This document shows positions 29,982-40,088 of a stretch of 64,000 bases of DNA, one piece after another. This DNA comes from Fibrobacteria bacterium (GTDB lineage Bacteria; Fibrobacterota; Fibrobacteria; UBA11236; JADFYW01): assembly GCA_050294405.1 (NCBI GenBank), contig JBNKOC010000012.1, forward strand, positions 256,001 through 320,000, written 5' to 3'. A program made the translations under genes and the position numbers. The notes beneath the pieces are model-generated. The model was not told where the DNA came from, searched no databases, and was given only the letters and a program-made list of their open reading frames with translations. The first letter of the stretch is position 1. Every line of letters starts with the position of its first letter.

Positions 29982-31130
29982 ATGTGGAAAAAAATTAAAA
30001 AGAACTATTTAGTCAAACAATTGGCGTCTTTTGATGTGACCATCATATGCTTGATACTATTGATGATCCTGACTTTTTGGGGAACGTTACACCAGGTAGA
30101 TTACGGATTATATGATGCGCAACATCGCATGTTTAACACCTGGTTTTTTACATTTTTAGGTTTTATCCCTTTCCCGGGGGCCAAGTTGGTGTTGTGGGTC
30201 GCTTTTATAAACCTTGGGTTGGCGACTATTTTTAAACACAGCTACCAGTGGAAAAAAATAGGCTTATTATTAACACATTTTGGTTTGCTGTTATTAATTA
30301 TATCAGCGGGATTTACTTATCATTTCGCCGAAGAATCATCGCTCACCTTGGAAGAAGGAGAAGCTTCAAATGTAAGTGACGATTATCATCATTGGGAATT
30401 CGCCATTTGGAAACAATCCGTGAGAGGAGATAGCGTATTTCGTGATGGGGAAGCTTTTCCTTTAAACGCTGTGGGTAAAGGAGAAACCCTTAGTTTTTTA
30501 AAGATAGGTTTACCTGTCAAAATTACAGAAGTATATAAAAATTGCAAAGCCATGACCGGCCCGACGAAACCCGGAATGGCTCCTAATGGCTTCAATATTA
30601 ATGAATTGATTTCTTCCAGAGTTTCTACGGATCCCGCTGAAAATTACCCAGGTCTCATTTTCGATCCCTTGACAGCGGGCTCGGAAAAAATGATTGTATA
30701 TGGCGGTGCCCCCACTGCCACTTCCATGACATGGGAAGGTGAAAACTACTATGTCGCTTTGAGAAGAAAAAAGCACCCTCTCCCCGTATCTATCCAATTA
30801 AATGATTTTAAAAAATCAGAATATCCCGGAACGCAAAAAGCCCGGAGCTTTGAAAGTAAAGTGACCATTGGGCATCAAGGAATAGAGCGGGACATCACCA
30901 TATCTATGAATAAACCCTTTCGCCAAGATGGATTTACCTTTTACCAGGCTTCTTTTTCTCAAGCGGGTGGACAGGAGGCTTCGACCTTGGCGGTAGTCAA
31001 AAACTACGGAAGGTTGCTGCCTTACATATCCTGTCTTTTGGTCGGGTTGGGGTTAATTGTCCATTTTGTTCTTCGGCTTGTCGCTTTTGCGGCAAATCAA
31101 AAACGGTCGAGGTTGCATGTTTCTAAGTAA
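29982..31130 (+). CDS. resB: Cytochrome c biogenesis protein ResB/Ccs1-like (System II)
   Basis: N-terminal TMs with GT and THFG, ISMNKP..DGFTFYQAS, C-terminal TM; adjacent to ccsA. Confidence 0.8.
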   Translation: MWKKIKKNYLVKQLASFDVTIICLILLMILTFWGTLHQVDYGLYDAQHRMFNTWFFTFLGFIPFPGAKLVLWVAFINLGLATIFKHSYQWKKIGLLLTHFGLLLLIISAGFTYHFAEESSLTLEEGEASNVSDDYHHWEFAIWKQSVRGDSVFRDGEAFPLNAVGKGETLSFLKIGLPVKITEVYKNCKAMTGPTKPGMAPNGFNINELISSRVSTDPAENYPGLIFDPLTAGSEKMIVYGGAPTATSMTWEGENYYVALRRKKHPLPVSIQLNDFKKSEYPGTQKARSFESKVTIGHQGIERDITISMNKPFRQDGFTFYQASFSQAGGQEASTLAVVKNYGRLLPYISCLLVGLGLIVHFVLRLVAFAANQKRSRLHVSK

Positions 31131-33033
31131 AACAAACATCGTATCCAGGTGCATCTTAACTTTAATTTTGATTTGCAGTTTTTCTTTATCTGCGATGGGA
31201 GAGGGAGCTCGGAGTTTAGACCTAACTAAATTCGCCAGCCTAAGCATCCAAAATGAAGGTCGTATTAAACCTTTGGATACTTATGCCCGGAGTTTGTTGT
31301 TACAAATTTCTTCGCGATCCAGTTATCGCGGTAAGCCAGCCATCCATTGGTTGTCCAATCTGTTGTTTTCCCCGGAGAATGCAAGAATGGACAAAATATT
31401 TAGGGTAAACAATCACCAGACCATAGAAGCTTTAGGGTTGGCTCTCCCTGAAGAGAGGCGATACAGCTTTAAGGAATTGGAAAAAGGAATAAACAAGTTG
31501 CAAACTTTGGCCCATGAGGTATCCAAGCTCGAAGAAAAAATGAGATCGCCGGTTGAGGAGGAACTATTACGTCTTTATTACAACATCAGCATTTATACTA
31601 GCCTATCTAAGAGTTTTAATTTTTCAAGAAGCACATCTGCATTTTTCATTAAAAATGACAACCTTGAGGAAATGCTCGGGTTTAAAAAAGGCAAGGGCGA
31701 ACATTCCTTTTTGGAAATGTTAGACAGGGAAGTTGAAATTAGCAATTACACAAATGTTAACAATATTGATAGCGCAAAATACAATTTGGATTCAATTGCC
31801 TTGTTAGGAATTGCAAGTGAAGCCGCCCGACTAAAAAAAGAGATCTTTTTTTGGAAAAAATTCAATCGAGACAGGGAGTTTACCATTATTCCACCTTTTA
31901 ACAATTCTGTGGAAGTGTTTTTTTCCCCATGGGATCTTCTATCCAACTCAGCGGCTTTTGGATTGCAAAATGAAATAAGGGCTTTAGCCGATGTGTCTGT
32001 TGCCTATAGAAATAACAGCCAGATGGAATTCGATTTAGCGCTTAAAAGTTTTGATAAAATAATACAAGGCCGAGCGTCTTGGGCCCTAAGCGGAAACCAC
32101 GGGAATTTGGAAATTTTATACAACAAATTCCAGCCCTTCAAAATTGCCAAAATTTTCTACTTGATTTCCCTTCTATGCGTTTTGGTTTCTTTAATTGGTA
32201 AGGGAAAATGGGCTTATGTTATTGGTATTGGATTGGCGATTGTTGCTATAGTCCCTCATACTTGGGGGATTGCTTCAAGAATGGTGATTATGTCCCGTCC
32301 TCCTATTACCAATTTGTTCGAAACTTTTATTACCGTCTCCTGGGTTTGCTGCATACTGGGTTTTGTTACCGAGTGGTTTCAAAGGAATAAGTTGGGGCTC
32401 ATTGTATCCACATTTTCCGCAGTTTCCCTTTTGTTTATATCTGACAAATATGCCAGGGAAGGGGATACTTTGTCTATGTTAGTTGCGGTGCTAGACACTA
32501 ACTTCTGGCTTTCAACCCATGTAGTTGCCATTTCTCTGGGTTATGCCGGGTGCTGCGCCGCGGGAATTGCCGGCCATGTCTACCTGCTGCAAAGAATGTT
32601 TGGGGCTAAACCCGAACAACTGAGGACTTCTCATAAGGCTGTATACGGTATTTTGGCATTTGGCTTGGTTTTTTCATTTATCGGAACGGTGCTTGGCGGT
32701 ATTTGGGCGGACCAGTCTTGGGGCCGTTTTTGGGGCTGGGATCCAAAAGAAAATGGCGCTTTACTTATTGTACTCTGGTGTTCGGCTTTGTTTCACGCCA
32801 GGCTGGGTGGACGCATTAAAGAATTGGGGTTTGCGGCGGGAAGCGTCATAGGAATTACCATTGTGATGTTTGCCTGGTTCGGAATTAATTTGCTTGGAGT
32901 TGGATTGCATTCTTATGGCTTTTCTTCAGGCGTATTTGTGAACTTTTTTCTATTCATTGTTTTTGAAGTTTTATTTCTCACGATAAGTATTATATGGATT
33001 CTCAAAAAAACCGCCAGAAAATCTATGATCTGA
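31117..33033 (+). CDS. ccsA: Cytochrome c synthase CcsA/ResC with large N-terminal periplasmic domain
   Basis: WWD motif WADQSWGRFWGWDPKE, WLSTHV, GLHSYG; GRIKPLDT. Confidence 0.93.
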   Translation: MFLSKTNIVSRCILTLILICSFSLSAMGEGARSLDLTKFASLSIQNEGRIKPLDTYARSLLLQISSRSSYRGKPAIHWLSNLLFSPENARMDKIFRVNNHQTIEALGLALPEERRYSFKELEKGINKLQTLAHEVSKLEEKMRSPVEEELLRLYYNISIYTSLSKSFNFSRSTSAFFIKNDNLEEMLGFKKGKGEHSFLEMLDREVEISNYTNVNNIDSAKYNLDSIALLGIASEAARLKKEIFFWKKFNRDREFTIIPPFNNSVEVFFSPWDLLSNSAAFGLQNEIRALADVSVAYRNNSQMEFDLALKSFDKIIQGRASWALSGNHGNLEILYNKFQPFKIAKIFYLISLLCVLVSLIGKGKWAYVIGIGLAIVAIVPHTWGIASRMVIMSRPPITNLFETFITVSWVCCILGFVTEWFQRNKLGLIVSTFSAVSLLFISDKYAREGDTLSMLVAVLDTNFWLSTHVVAISLGYAGCCAAGIAGHVYLLQRMFGAKPEQLRTSHKAVYGILAFGLVFSFIGTVLGGIWADQSWGRFWGWDPKENGALLIVLWCSALFHARLGGRIKELGFAAGSVIGITIVMFAWFGINLLGVGLHSYGFSSGVFVNFFLFIVFEVLFLTISIIWILKKTARKSMI

Positions 33034-33983
33034 TATTCTACCTTATACTGTTCATAGCCTATGCAACCTCCTTCGCTTTTATCGCATGGTATATGCATTA
33101 TACCTGGGATTATCTGAGGTTGCCTGTTATGGAAAGGCCATTTCATGAAAACCATGCCTTAATAAAACCTGGGGGGTTATGGGGGCATGGGTTTGGAATT
33201 ATCGGTTCCATTATGATGATTGTGATGCATACATATTCTATCAGAAAAAGAGTGAAGTTTTTCCAAAAATGGGGCAGTTTAAAAAAATGGCTGCATTTCC
33301 ATATTTTTTTAGGAGTGGTAGGCCCTTTGTTAGTTATGGTGCATACAACCGGCAAAGTAAACGGGCTTGTATCGCTTAGTTTTTGGTCCATGGTATTGGT
33401 TTTCCTCAGCGGATTTGTGGGTCGTTTTTTCTACGGTGCGGTACCTAGAAGGGCAACCGGGTTGGAATACAGCTTGGAAGAAGCCATAGAAATTTCCGAG
33501 GAGTTAAGGGAAACTCTTAAAAAAAAACTAGCCCACATTGGAAAAGCCGCCGAAGAATTGGATGCTTTGGAATCCCGCAAAAACGTAAATCAATTTTTAA
33601 AAAAATATATTGCGCCATTTGAAACAATGGAAAAACTGAGGGTGTTTAACGAAACGGCTTTGCGAAATTTTCGGCCTCTTTGGGGGTTCAGTTATCAGAT
33701 GATTCGAGACATGGTAGAGTATAAAGATAACAACCCAGCCTGGAAATTTTTCTTGAAGAGTCAAAATCAGGCTATTAAAAAACGCAAGCACTATTTGGCC
33801 CGGATGGTAAAGTCCATAAAAAAAACAGCTTCTCTTAAAAGGAAAGTTAAAAGATGGAAGGCGATTCAGGCGCGTTTGTACTATTGGCATGTATTTCATA
33901 AGCCGCTTAGTGTATTAATGTATATCGTTTTAGTGGTTCATGTATATATTGCGGCAAAATTTGGGTTTGTGTGGATCTTTTGA
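32994..33983 (+). CDS. Inner-membrane protein, putative diheme cytochrome b
   Basis: Two H-x13-H pairs in TM helices (HIFLGVVGPLLVMVH and HKPLSVLMYIVLVVH). Confidence 0.7.
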   Translation: MDSQKNRQKIYDLIFYLILFIAYATSFAFIAWYMHYTWDYLRLPVMERPFHENHALIKPGGLWGHGFGIIGSIMMIVMHTYSIRKRVKFFQKWGSLKKWLHFHIFLGVVGPLLVMVHTTGKVNGLVSLSFWSMVLVFLSGFVGRFFYGAVPRRATGLEYSLEEAIEISEELRETLKKKLAHIGKAAEELDALESRKNVNQFLKKYIAPFETMEKLRVFNETALRNFRPLWGFSYQMIRDMVEYKDNNPAWKFFLKSQNQAIKKRKHYLARMVKSIKKTASLKRKVKRWKAIQARLYYWHVFHKPLSVLMYIVLVVHVYIAAKFGFVWIF

Positions 33984-35692
33984 AGCATGTTTTTTATAAA
34001 AGCTTCCTTCTGGGCTTGTTTGTAGTTTTTGCGTTTCCGGAATTTGCTTTGCCACAGCTTTCTCCTGGTGAATTGGCGCGGGAACATTCACATCTGGAAG
34101 GGTTCAATAATTGTTCCAAATGCCATAGCAGCAAGGGTAAGGGTAGTACAGACCCGTCTCTTTGTCTGGATTGCCACAAAGAGATGAAAATGCGGATTAA
34201 AAATAAAACTGGATTACATGGGCTGCAGAAATATAACAAGTGCGGAAAGTGTCATTTTGATCATCTGGGCAGAAAATTTAAGCTTGTGAATTGGAAAGTG
34301 CTTGGCGGAAAAGCGGAGAATTTCAAACATGAATTATCTGGTTTTGAGCTTAAAGGAGCCCATAAAAAATTAAAATGCAACGAATGCCATCAGCCTAAGT
34401 TTATCAAAGATCCGAAGATTCAAAAAAAGAAAGAGGAGTTTAAAAAGAAAACATACTTAGGCTTAAAAACCGAATGTCTTGCCTGCCATAAAGATGTACA
34501 CAAGGAAATGTTCGGCAAAAAAAATTGCTTGGATTGCCACAATTCCAATAAATGGAAGCCTGCCGAAGGTTTTGATCACAACCGCCAGACCAAATTTAGA
34601 ATTAAGGGTAAGCATAAAAAGCTGACTTGCGTGAAATGCCACAAGAGAGGTCAACCCTGGGAGTTACCCAAGCCAAAGAGGGTTAAAAACAGGGGGTGTA
34701 TTAGCTGCCATAAAGATGTTCACAAGGGTAAGTTTGGAAAAAGTTGCCAAAAATGCCACCAGGAGTCCGGGTTTAAAAGGATCAAGGTTAAAAATTTTGA
34801 TCACAGTAAAACGGAGTTCCCGTTGGAAGGTAAACATGTAGCTGTGAATTGTAACCAATGCCATAAGAAATCGGAATCCTGGGTGTTGACCAAATTTAGC
34901 CAATGTATCGATTGTCATGACAATTTTCACAAAGGAGAATTTAAAAAGGTGAAAAGCCCGGAAAAATGTGAAGACTGCCACAGTGTGAAGGGCTATGTTC
35001 CGGCAAATTATGGAGTCGAAGAGCACAACAAGACAGATTTTCCTCTTAAGGAGGCGCACCTCGCCGCTCCCTGTATATTGTGCCACACGAAAAGCGTTAA
35101 TAAAAATAAAGAGCTAGTAAAACGAAAATTCAAATTTCCCTCTATGGATTGTAATGTGTGCCATAAAGATCCCCACCGTAAACAAGTGGATAAATACAAA
35201 GTGGAAAAAGGTTGTCTTTCCTGCCATTCTGGTACGTCGTGGAGTGATGTTCATTTTGATCACGGTTTAACTGGGTATTCCCTTACAGGTAGGCATCAAA
35301 AAGCGGGTTGCAGGGATTGCCATTCCAAAGTGTTTTCTTTCGAACTTAAAAAGAGTATTCGTTTAAAAATTCCGGACTTTGAGGAGAAGAAAAAAGAATG
35401 CTTTGAATGCCATAAAGATCCCCATCAAGGCCAATTCAAAGAACTTGATGCAAACGAGAAGCAAGGATCCGGGGTTGTTAAATGCGATAAATGCCATACC
35501 ACTACGGATTGGTATGCTGAGTTGTTTGAACACAACACTCAATCCAGGTTTAAACTTGATGGGGCTCATGAAAAAGCACGTTGCGAAGCTTGCCATTTGG
35601 TTCAAAAAGAAGGGAAGGTGACGTTTGTCCGTTATAAGCCCTTGAGCATTGAATGTAAGTCTTGCCATGGAGACAGTGTTATGGTCAAATAG
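33971..35692 (+). CDS. Multiheme cytochrome c, 20 CXXCH, Lys-rich
   Basis: 20 CXXCH motifs counted by hand; signal peptide; SPGEL...H N-terminus; FPLxGxH triheme repeats. Confidence 0.93.
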   Translation: MDLLKHVFYKSFLLGLFVVFAFPEFALPQLSPGELAREHSHLEGFNNCSKCHSSKGKGSTDPSLCLDCHKEMKMRIKNKTGLHGLQKYNKCGKCHFDHLGRKFKLVNWKVLGGKAENFKHELSGFELKGAHKKLKCNECHQPKFIKDPKIQKKKEEFKKKTYLGLKTECLACHKDVHKEMFGKKNCLDCHNSNKWKPAEGFDHNRQTKFRIKGKHKKLTCVKCHKRGQPWELPKPKRVKNRGCISCHKDVHKGKFGKSCQKCHQESGFKRIKVKNFDHSKTEFPLEGKHVAVNCNQCHKKSESWVLTKFSQCIDCHDNFHKGEFKKVKSPEKCEDCHSVKGYVPANYGVEEHNKTDFPLKEAHLAAPCILCHTKSVNKNKELVKRKFKFPSMDCNVCHKDPHRKQVDKYKVEKGCLSCHSGTSWSDVHFDHGLTGYSLTGRHQKAGCRDCHSKVFSFELKKSIRLKIPDFEEKKKECFECHKDPHQGQFKELDANEKQGSGVVKCDKCHTTTDWYAELFEHNTQSRFKLDGAHEKARCEACHLVQKEGKVTFVRYKPLSIECKSCHGDSVMVK

Positions 35693-35986
35693 ACAAAAAT
35701 TTTTCCCACAAATGAATCAAAATAGTTCATTAATTTTATTTTTTAAATACGAATTAAATAATAACTCTTTATTATTAAACGACTTATGGTAATAAACATT
35801 TTTAATACGAATCATAAATAATTTTTGACAAAATTTTATGTTGAAAAATTATTAATTCAAACTATATTATGATGTTATAAGTATCGGGAATTTGCCACCA
35901 TTCATTTTGAGGAGCCGTTTTGCTTCGTACCCCTAATTTCCGTTTGATTCCAAGTTGTCCTGCTGTAGGTTGGAGGTGAGATTAAA

Positions 35987-38419
35987 ATGAATTGTCTAGT
36001 AATGTTGTTTGCATTCTTTTCTCTGTTAGTATCAGGTTATGCTAAGCGAACTAACAGTCAATTAAAAAACCCCCACGGCGATATTAAAATGGAATGCAGT
36101 CAGTGCCATACTCCCAAACGCTGGAAGCCAACCAAAAGAAATATTGATTTTGATCATGGTAAAAGTGGGTTCCCGTTATCCGGGAGTCATGCTTCTCTTT
36201 TATGCACGGAGTGCCATAAGGATTTAAAGTTCCCCACGGTTAGCTCTGCCTGTGCCGATTGCCATAAGGATGAACATGATGGAAAGTTTGGGTTTGATTG
36301 TCAAACCTGTCATACTACTAAAAAGTGGGGAAAAGAATTTCTAACAGTTGAAGCCCAGGTTCACACGGAATTTCCACTGGTAGGGGCTCATGCCATAGAG
36401 GATTGTTCCGCCTGCCATAAAAACCAGAAACCAGAAGACTATGTTAATACTCCCACCAATTGTAGCGCTTGCCATTTGTCTGACTTTGAAGCAACCATTT
36501 CACCTGACCACAGAGCGCTTAACTTTTCCACGAATTGCACCGGATGTCATTTGTCTTCGGTTGTGACGGGCTGGAGAGGAGGGACTAATGGGGTGATCCA
36601 CCCGGAAACCTTGCCGCTTACGGGAGCTCATGGACGAATTTCATGTTATGATTGCCACAATAAAAATAGTTTCACCGGGTTAAATCCCACATGTTACGAA
36701 TGCCATCAGGATAACTTTGCCGCCACATCTAAGCCAAACCACAGGGAGCTTAATTTTCCCATAGATTGCCAAATGTGCCATACTAATGAGGATTGGAAAA
36801 CCACTTTAATTCCAGAGGGAACGGAATTTAAACACCCGGAATCGTTTCCATTGCTAGGGGGACATGCCACGCCTAAATGCGCAGACTGCCATATAAATGG
36901 GTATACGGGAACAAACCCGGAGTGTATAAGCTGCCATGAAAAAGATTTTAATGAAACCAAGAACCCCAATCACATAGAGCAGAATTTTGGAAAAAATTGC
37001 TCGGAATGTCACACAACCGGAGAATGGGCTGGGGCCTTAATTCCGCCTAACAGCAATTTTCAACACCCTGCAACTTTTCCCCTTGAGGGAGGGCACAGTG
37101 TTGCTTCCTGTACAGATTGTCATATAGACGGTAAATATACCGATACTCCTAGTGATTGCTTGTCTTGTCATAAGGCCAACTATGACACCGCAAGTTCACC
37201 GAATCATCTGGATATGAATTTTGGGACAAATTGCGCGGAGTGCCATAATACCAACAACTGGGCCGGGGTTATTATTCCCGATAATAGTAATTTTCAACAT
37301 CCCGCGAGCTTTCCTTTGAAAGAAGGGCATTCAGAAGTGGAATGTCAGAAGTGCCACACAAGTGGGTATACCAACACATCGCCGGAATGTATATCCTGCC
37401 ACGAAGAAGATTTTAAAAAAGCTGAAAATCCCAATCATGTAGACCAGAATTTTTCTCAAAATTGTACGGAATGCCATACTGTTGCTAAAGATTGGTTGGG
37501 GGCAACTATTCCGCCGGATGTAAAGTTTGATCACCCGGCATCATTTCCACTAATTGGGGGGCATAGTAATGTTAATTGTTCCAATTGCCATACTGATGGA
37601 TACACCAATACAGCCACAGAGTGTTTATCCTGCCATAAGACCGATTATGATGAGACTAAAAACCCTAACCACATGGATTTGAATTTTTCCACCAACTGCA
37701 GTGAATGCCATACTGTGGATTCCTGGCAAGGAGCTGAGATCCCTCCTGGAGGACAATTTCAACATCCAGCTGAATTTCCTTTAGTGGCTGGCCATGCGGA
37801 TGTAAGTTGCATGGAATGCCATGCTAATGGCTATACGAACACTTCCAATGAATGTAACTCCTGCCACAATGATGATTATCTGGCTGCTGAGCCAAATCAT
37901 TCCGACTTAAGGTTGCCCACTGATTGTGCGTTGTGCCATACAAATGTTACCTGGCAGGGGGCTGATATCCCTCCCAATATCGCAATAAACCATCCCTCAA
38001 GCTTCCCTTTGACATTGCCACATGATAAGGCCAGTTGCGTAGATTGCCACGCCAACGGTTATTCCAACACGGCCTCGGATTGTTATGCTTGCCACCAAAA
38101 AGATTACGAGCAGGTTCAAAATCCCAATCATGTCCAATCTAACTATTCTAAAGATTGCCTTAGCTGCCATAAGAGGGAAACCTGGGATGATGCTTCCATT
38201 GACCATGAGCGATTTTTTCCCATTGCTACTGGACGCCATTCGGGGTTTCAATGCAGTGAATGCCATGTGGTGGATGGAAATTACGCAGCATTTGAGTGTA
38301 TTTTTTGCCATGCCCATAATAATAGAGCAGAAGTGGATGCAGACCATCGGGGGGAAGCCGCCGGATACGAATACAACAGCCAGGCTTGTTACCGCTGTCA
38401 TCCCAGAGGGCGAGAATAG
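35987..38419 (+). CDS. Multiheme cytochrome c, 31 CXXCH, tandem triheme repeats
   Basis: 31 CXXCH motifs counted by hand; signal peptide; ~77-aa HP-x-x-FPL-x-GGH / PNH repeats. Confidence 0.93.
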   Translation: MNCLVMLFAFFSLLVSGYAKRTNSQLKNPHGDIKMECSQCHTPKRWKPTKRNIDFDHGKSGFPLSGSHASLLCTECHKDLKFPTVSSACADCHKDEHDGKFGFDCQTCHTTKKWGKEFLTVEAQVHTEFPLVGAHAIEDCSACHKNQKPEDYVNTPTNCSACHLSDFEATISPDHRALNFSTNCTGCHLSSVVTGWRGGTNGVIHPETLPLTGAHGRISCYDCHNKNSFTGLNPTCYECHQDNFAATSKPNHRELNFPIDCQMCHTNEDWKTTLIPEGTEFKHPESFPLLGGHATPKCADCHINGYTGTNPECISCHEKDFNETKNPNHIEQNFGKNCSECHTTGEWAGALIPPNSNFQHPATFPLEGGHSVASCTDCHIDGKYTDTPSDCLSCHKANYDTASSPNHLDMNFGTNCAECHNTNNWAGVIIPDNSNFQHPASFPLKEGHSEVECQKCHTSGYTNTSPECISCHEEDFKKAENPNHVDQNFSQNCTECHTVAKDWLGATIPPDVKFDHPASFPLIGGHSNVNCSNCHTDGYTNTATECLSCHKTDYDETKNPNHMDLNFSTNCSECHTVDSWQGAEIPPGGQFQHPAEFPLVAGHADVSCMECHANGYTNTSNECNSCHNDDYLAAEPNHSDLRLPTDCALCHTNVTWQGADIPPNIAINHPSSFPLTLPHDKASCVDCHANGYSNTASDCYACHQKDYEQVQNPNHVQSNYSKDCLSCHKRETWDDASIDHERFFPIATGRHSGFQCSECHVVDGNYAAFECIFCHAHNNRAEVDADHRGEAAGYEYNSQACYRCHPRGRE

Positions 38420-40068
38420 TGTTTTGGAAAGTAAAAATAATTCAGCATTTATTGTGTGTGTTAATTATCATGATGCCCGTACTTTGTTTTGGAAAAACCT
38501 CCACAAAAAAATTCAAATCCTCTGCCGGAAAAGTATATCAGATAAATTATATGTCAAAAGACTTTATATATCTTAAAGGGGGAATAAAATCAGGTCTTGC
38601 ATCAGGGGATACGTTAACAATTCATAGGAAAAGAAAATTAGTGGCGGTTTTGGTGGTTGAGCACGCCTCTAATTACTCCAGCTCCTGTAAGGTTATTTTG
38701 GAAAAAGGGTTGGTAGTCTTAGGAGATAAAGCAAAAGCAAAGCCTAAAAGTCTTAAAATTGAAGGGATAAAAAAGGAAGAACCAGACACTTTGGTTTCAA
38801 GAACTCGGGAGCTTCCTGAGCAACATATTAAAGGAGATGCGGCAAAAGCATTTGCGCGTTTGCGGGGATATGCAGCTTATCAATTGTACTTCGAAGAAGG
38901 GCTGGCCAGCGATAAATGGGAAGTTGGAAAGCAAAATATACGAGTTGATTTCCGTGTATCTGAATTGTTGAACTCCGACTACAATTTGCGCTTTAATATG
39001 TATGCATCACAAGACAATAATTTGTTTTCACAGTCCGAGCAAAGGCAAAATTGGGACAATAGAGTAAACCAATTTGTTTTTGGCTATCAAAATCCAAACT
39101 CGGCAGTTTCGTATGAATTGGGCCGGGTGGTTCCCCAAAATATTTCCAGTATCGGATACATTGATGGGGGGGCGTTTAAGATTCAGGCTAATCAAAATCA
39201 ATATATTGGAGGATTTTTTGGGAATATCCCCAGGATGTTATATTATGAAACACCCATCTCCATCCAAAAATACGGGGGGTTTTACGGATTTGATTTTGGA
39301 GATAGGAAGAATACCCGCCTTGAAAATATGCTGGGATTCGGGGGTGAGTATGATGGCTTGGTCATTTCCAGGGAATTTTTGAATTTAAGAAATAACTTGT
39401 ATTTGAGTAAAAATTTGTCCATTAGTCAGACTTCCGAAATTGAAGTGAATCGAGGTTGGAGGAAGGAAAAAACAAGGAAAGATTTTTCCCTGAGTAGCAT
39501 GTATGCCCACGGCAATTGGAAAGCCACTCAGAAGTTGTCCTTTGGAATTCAATACGATACCCGGAAAAATTATTACCGCCTGGACATGCGAAGTTTTGCT
39601 GATAGTTTGTTCGATGATGCCACCCGTCATGGATTAAAAGCAAATACCTATTACCGTTTTTTACCTTCCTCCAGCGTTTATTTAAGTGTCGGCCAAACCC
39701 GCTTCCAAAATCGAGGTGACATACCATATAACTATAACCTGGGGCTAAATGTATCCAATTTTATTTTAAAAAGGATTTATGTAAACGCTTCCTATACTGG
39801 CTTTAACAGTGAAACAAATAATGGATACAACACTTCCCTTTTTCTCAGAAAAAGCTTTTTAAACGGGAACAATTTGAGTTTTGGATATGGAAAATATGAA
39901 TATAAATACAATTCAACTACCGTATCAAGGATTCAGAGTAATTGGATACGAACGGGTACGACGTTGCAGATGATTTATAATACCTATGTTACCGTTAATT
40001 ATGAATATAATTGGGGGCAAGTCCAAAACGGCCACCGAGGGTTTTGGGAAACAGGCTATCGCTTTTAG
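38419..40068 (+). CDS. Outer-membrane beta-barrel (putative cytochrome-associated porin)
   Basis: Signal peptide, amphipathic aromatic-rich strands, terminal GFWETGYRF; GTG start overlaps the upstream stop. Confidence 0.75.
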   Translation: MFWKVKIIQHLLCVLIIMMPVLCFGKTSTKKFKSSAGKVYQINYMSKDFIYLKGGIKSGLASGDTLTIHRKRKLVAVLVVEHASNYSSSCKVILEKGLVVLGDKAKAKPKSLKIEGIKKEEPDTLVSRTRELPEQHIKGDAAKAFARLRGYAAYQLYFEEGLASDKWEVGKQNIRVDFRVSELLNSDYNLRFNMYASQDNNLFSQSEQRQNWDNRVNQFVFGYQNPNSAVSYELGRVVPQNISSIGYIDGGAFKIQANQNQYIGGFFGNIPRMLYYETPISIQKYGGFYGFDFGDRKNTRLENMLGFGGEYDGLVISREFLNLRNNLYLSKNLSISQTSEIEVNRGWRKEKTRKDFSLSSMYAHGNWKATQKLSFGIQYDTRKNYYRLDMRSFADSLFDDATRHGLKANTYYRFLPSSSVYLSVGQTRFQNRGDIPYNYNLGLNVSNFILKRIYVNASYTGFNSETNNGYNTSLFLRKSFLNGNNLSFGYGKYEYKYNSTTVSRIQSNWIRTGTTLQMIYNTYVTVNYEYNWGQVQNGHRGFWETGYRF

Positions 40069-40088
40069 TACAGTATATACCTACCCTC

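Noticed and set aside
33994..38576. Antisense and alternative-frame ORFs over the multiheme genes (and similar ones across the window)
   Set aside because: Shadow ORFs of well-supported genes, with no motifs of their own
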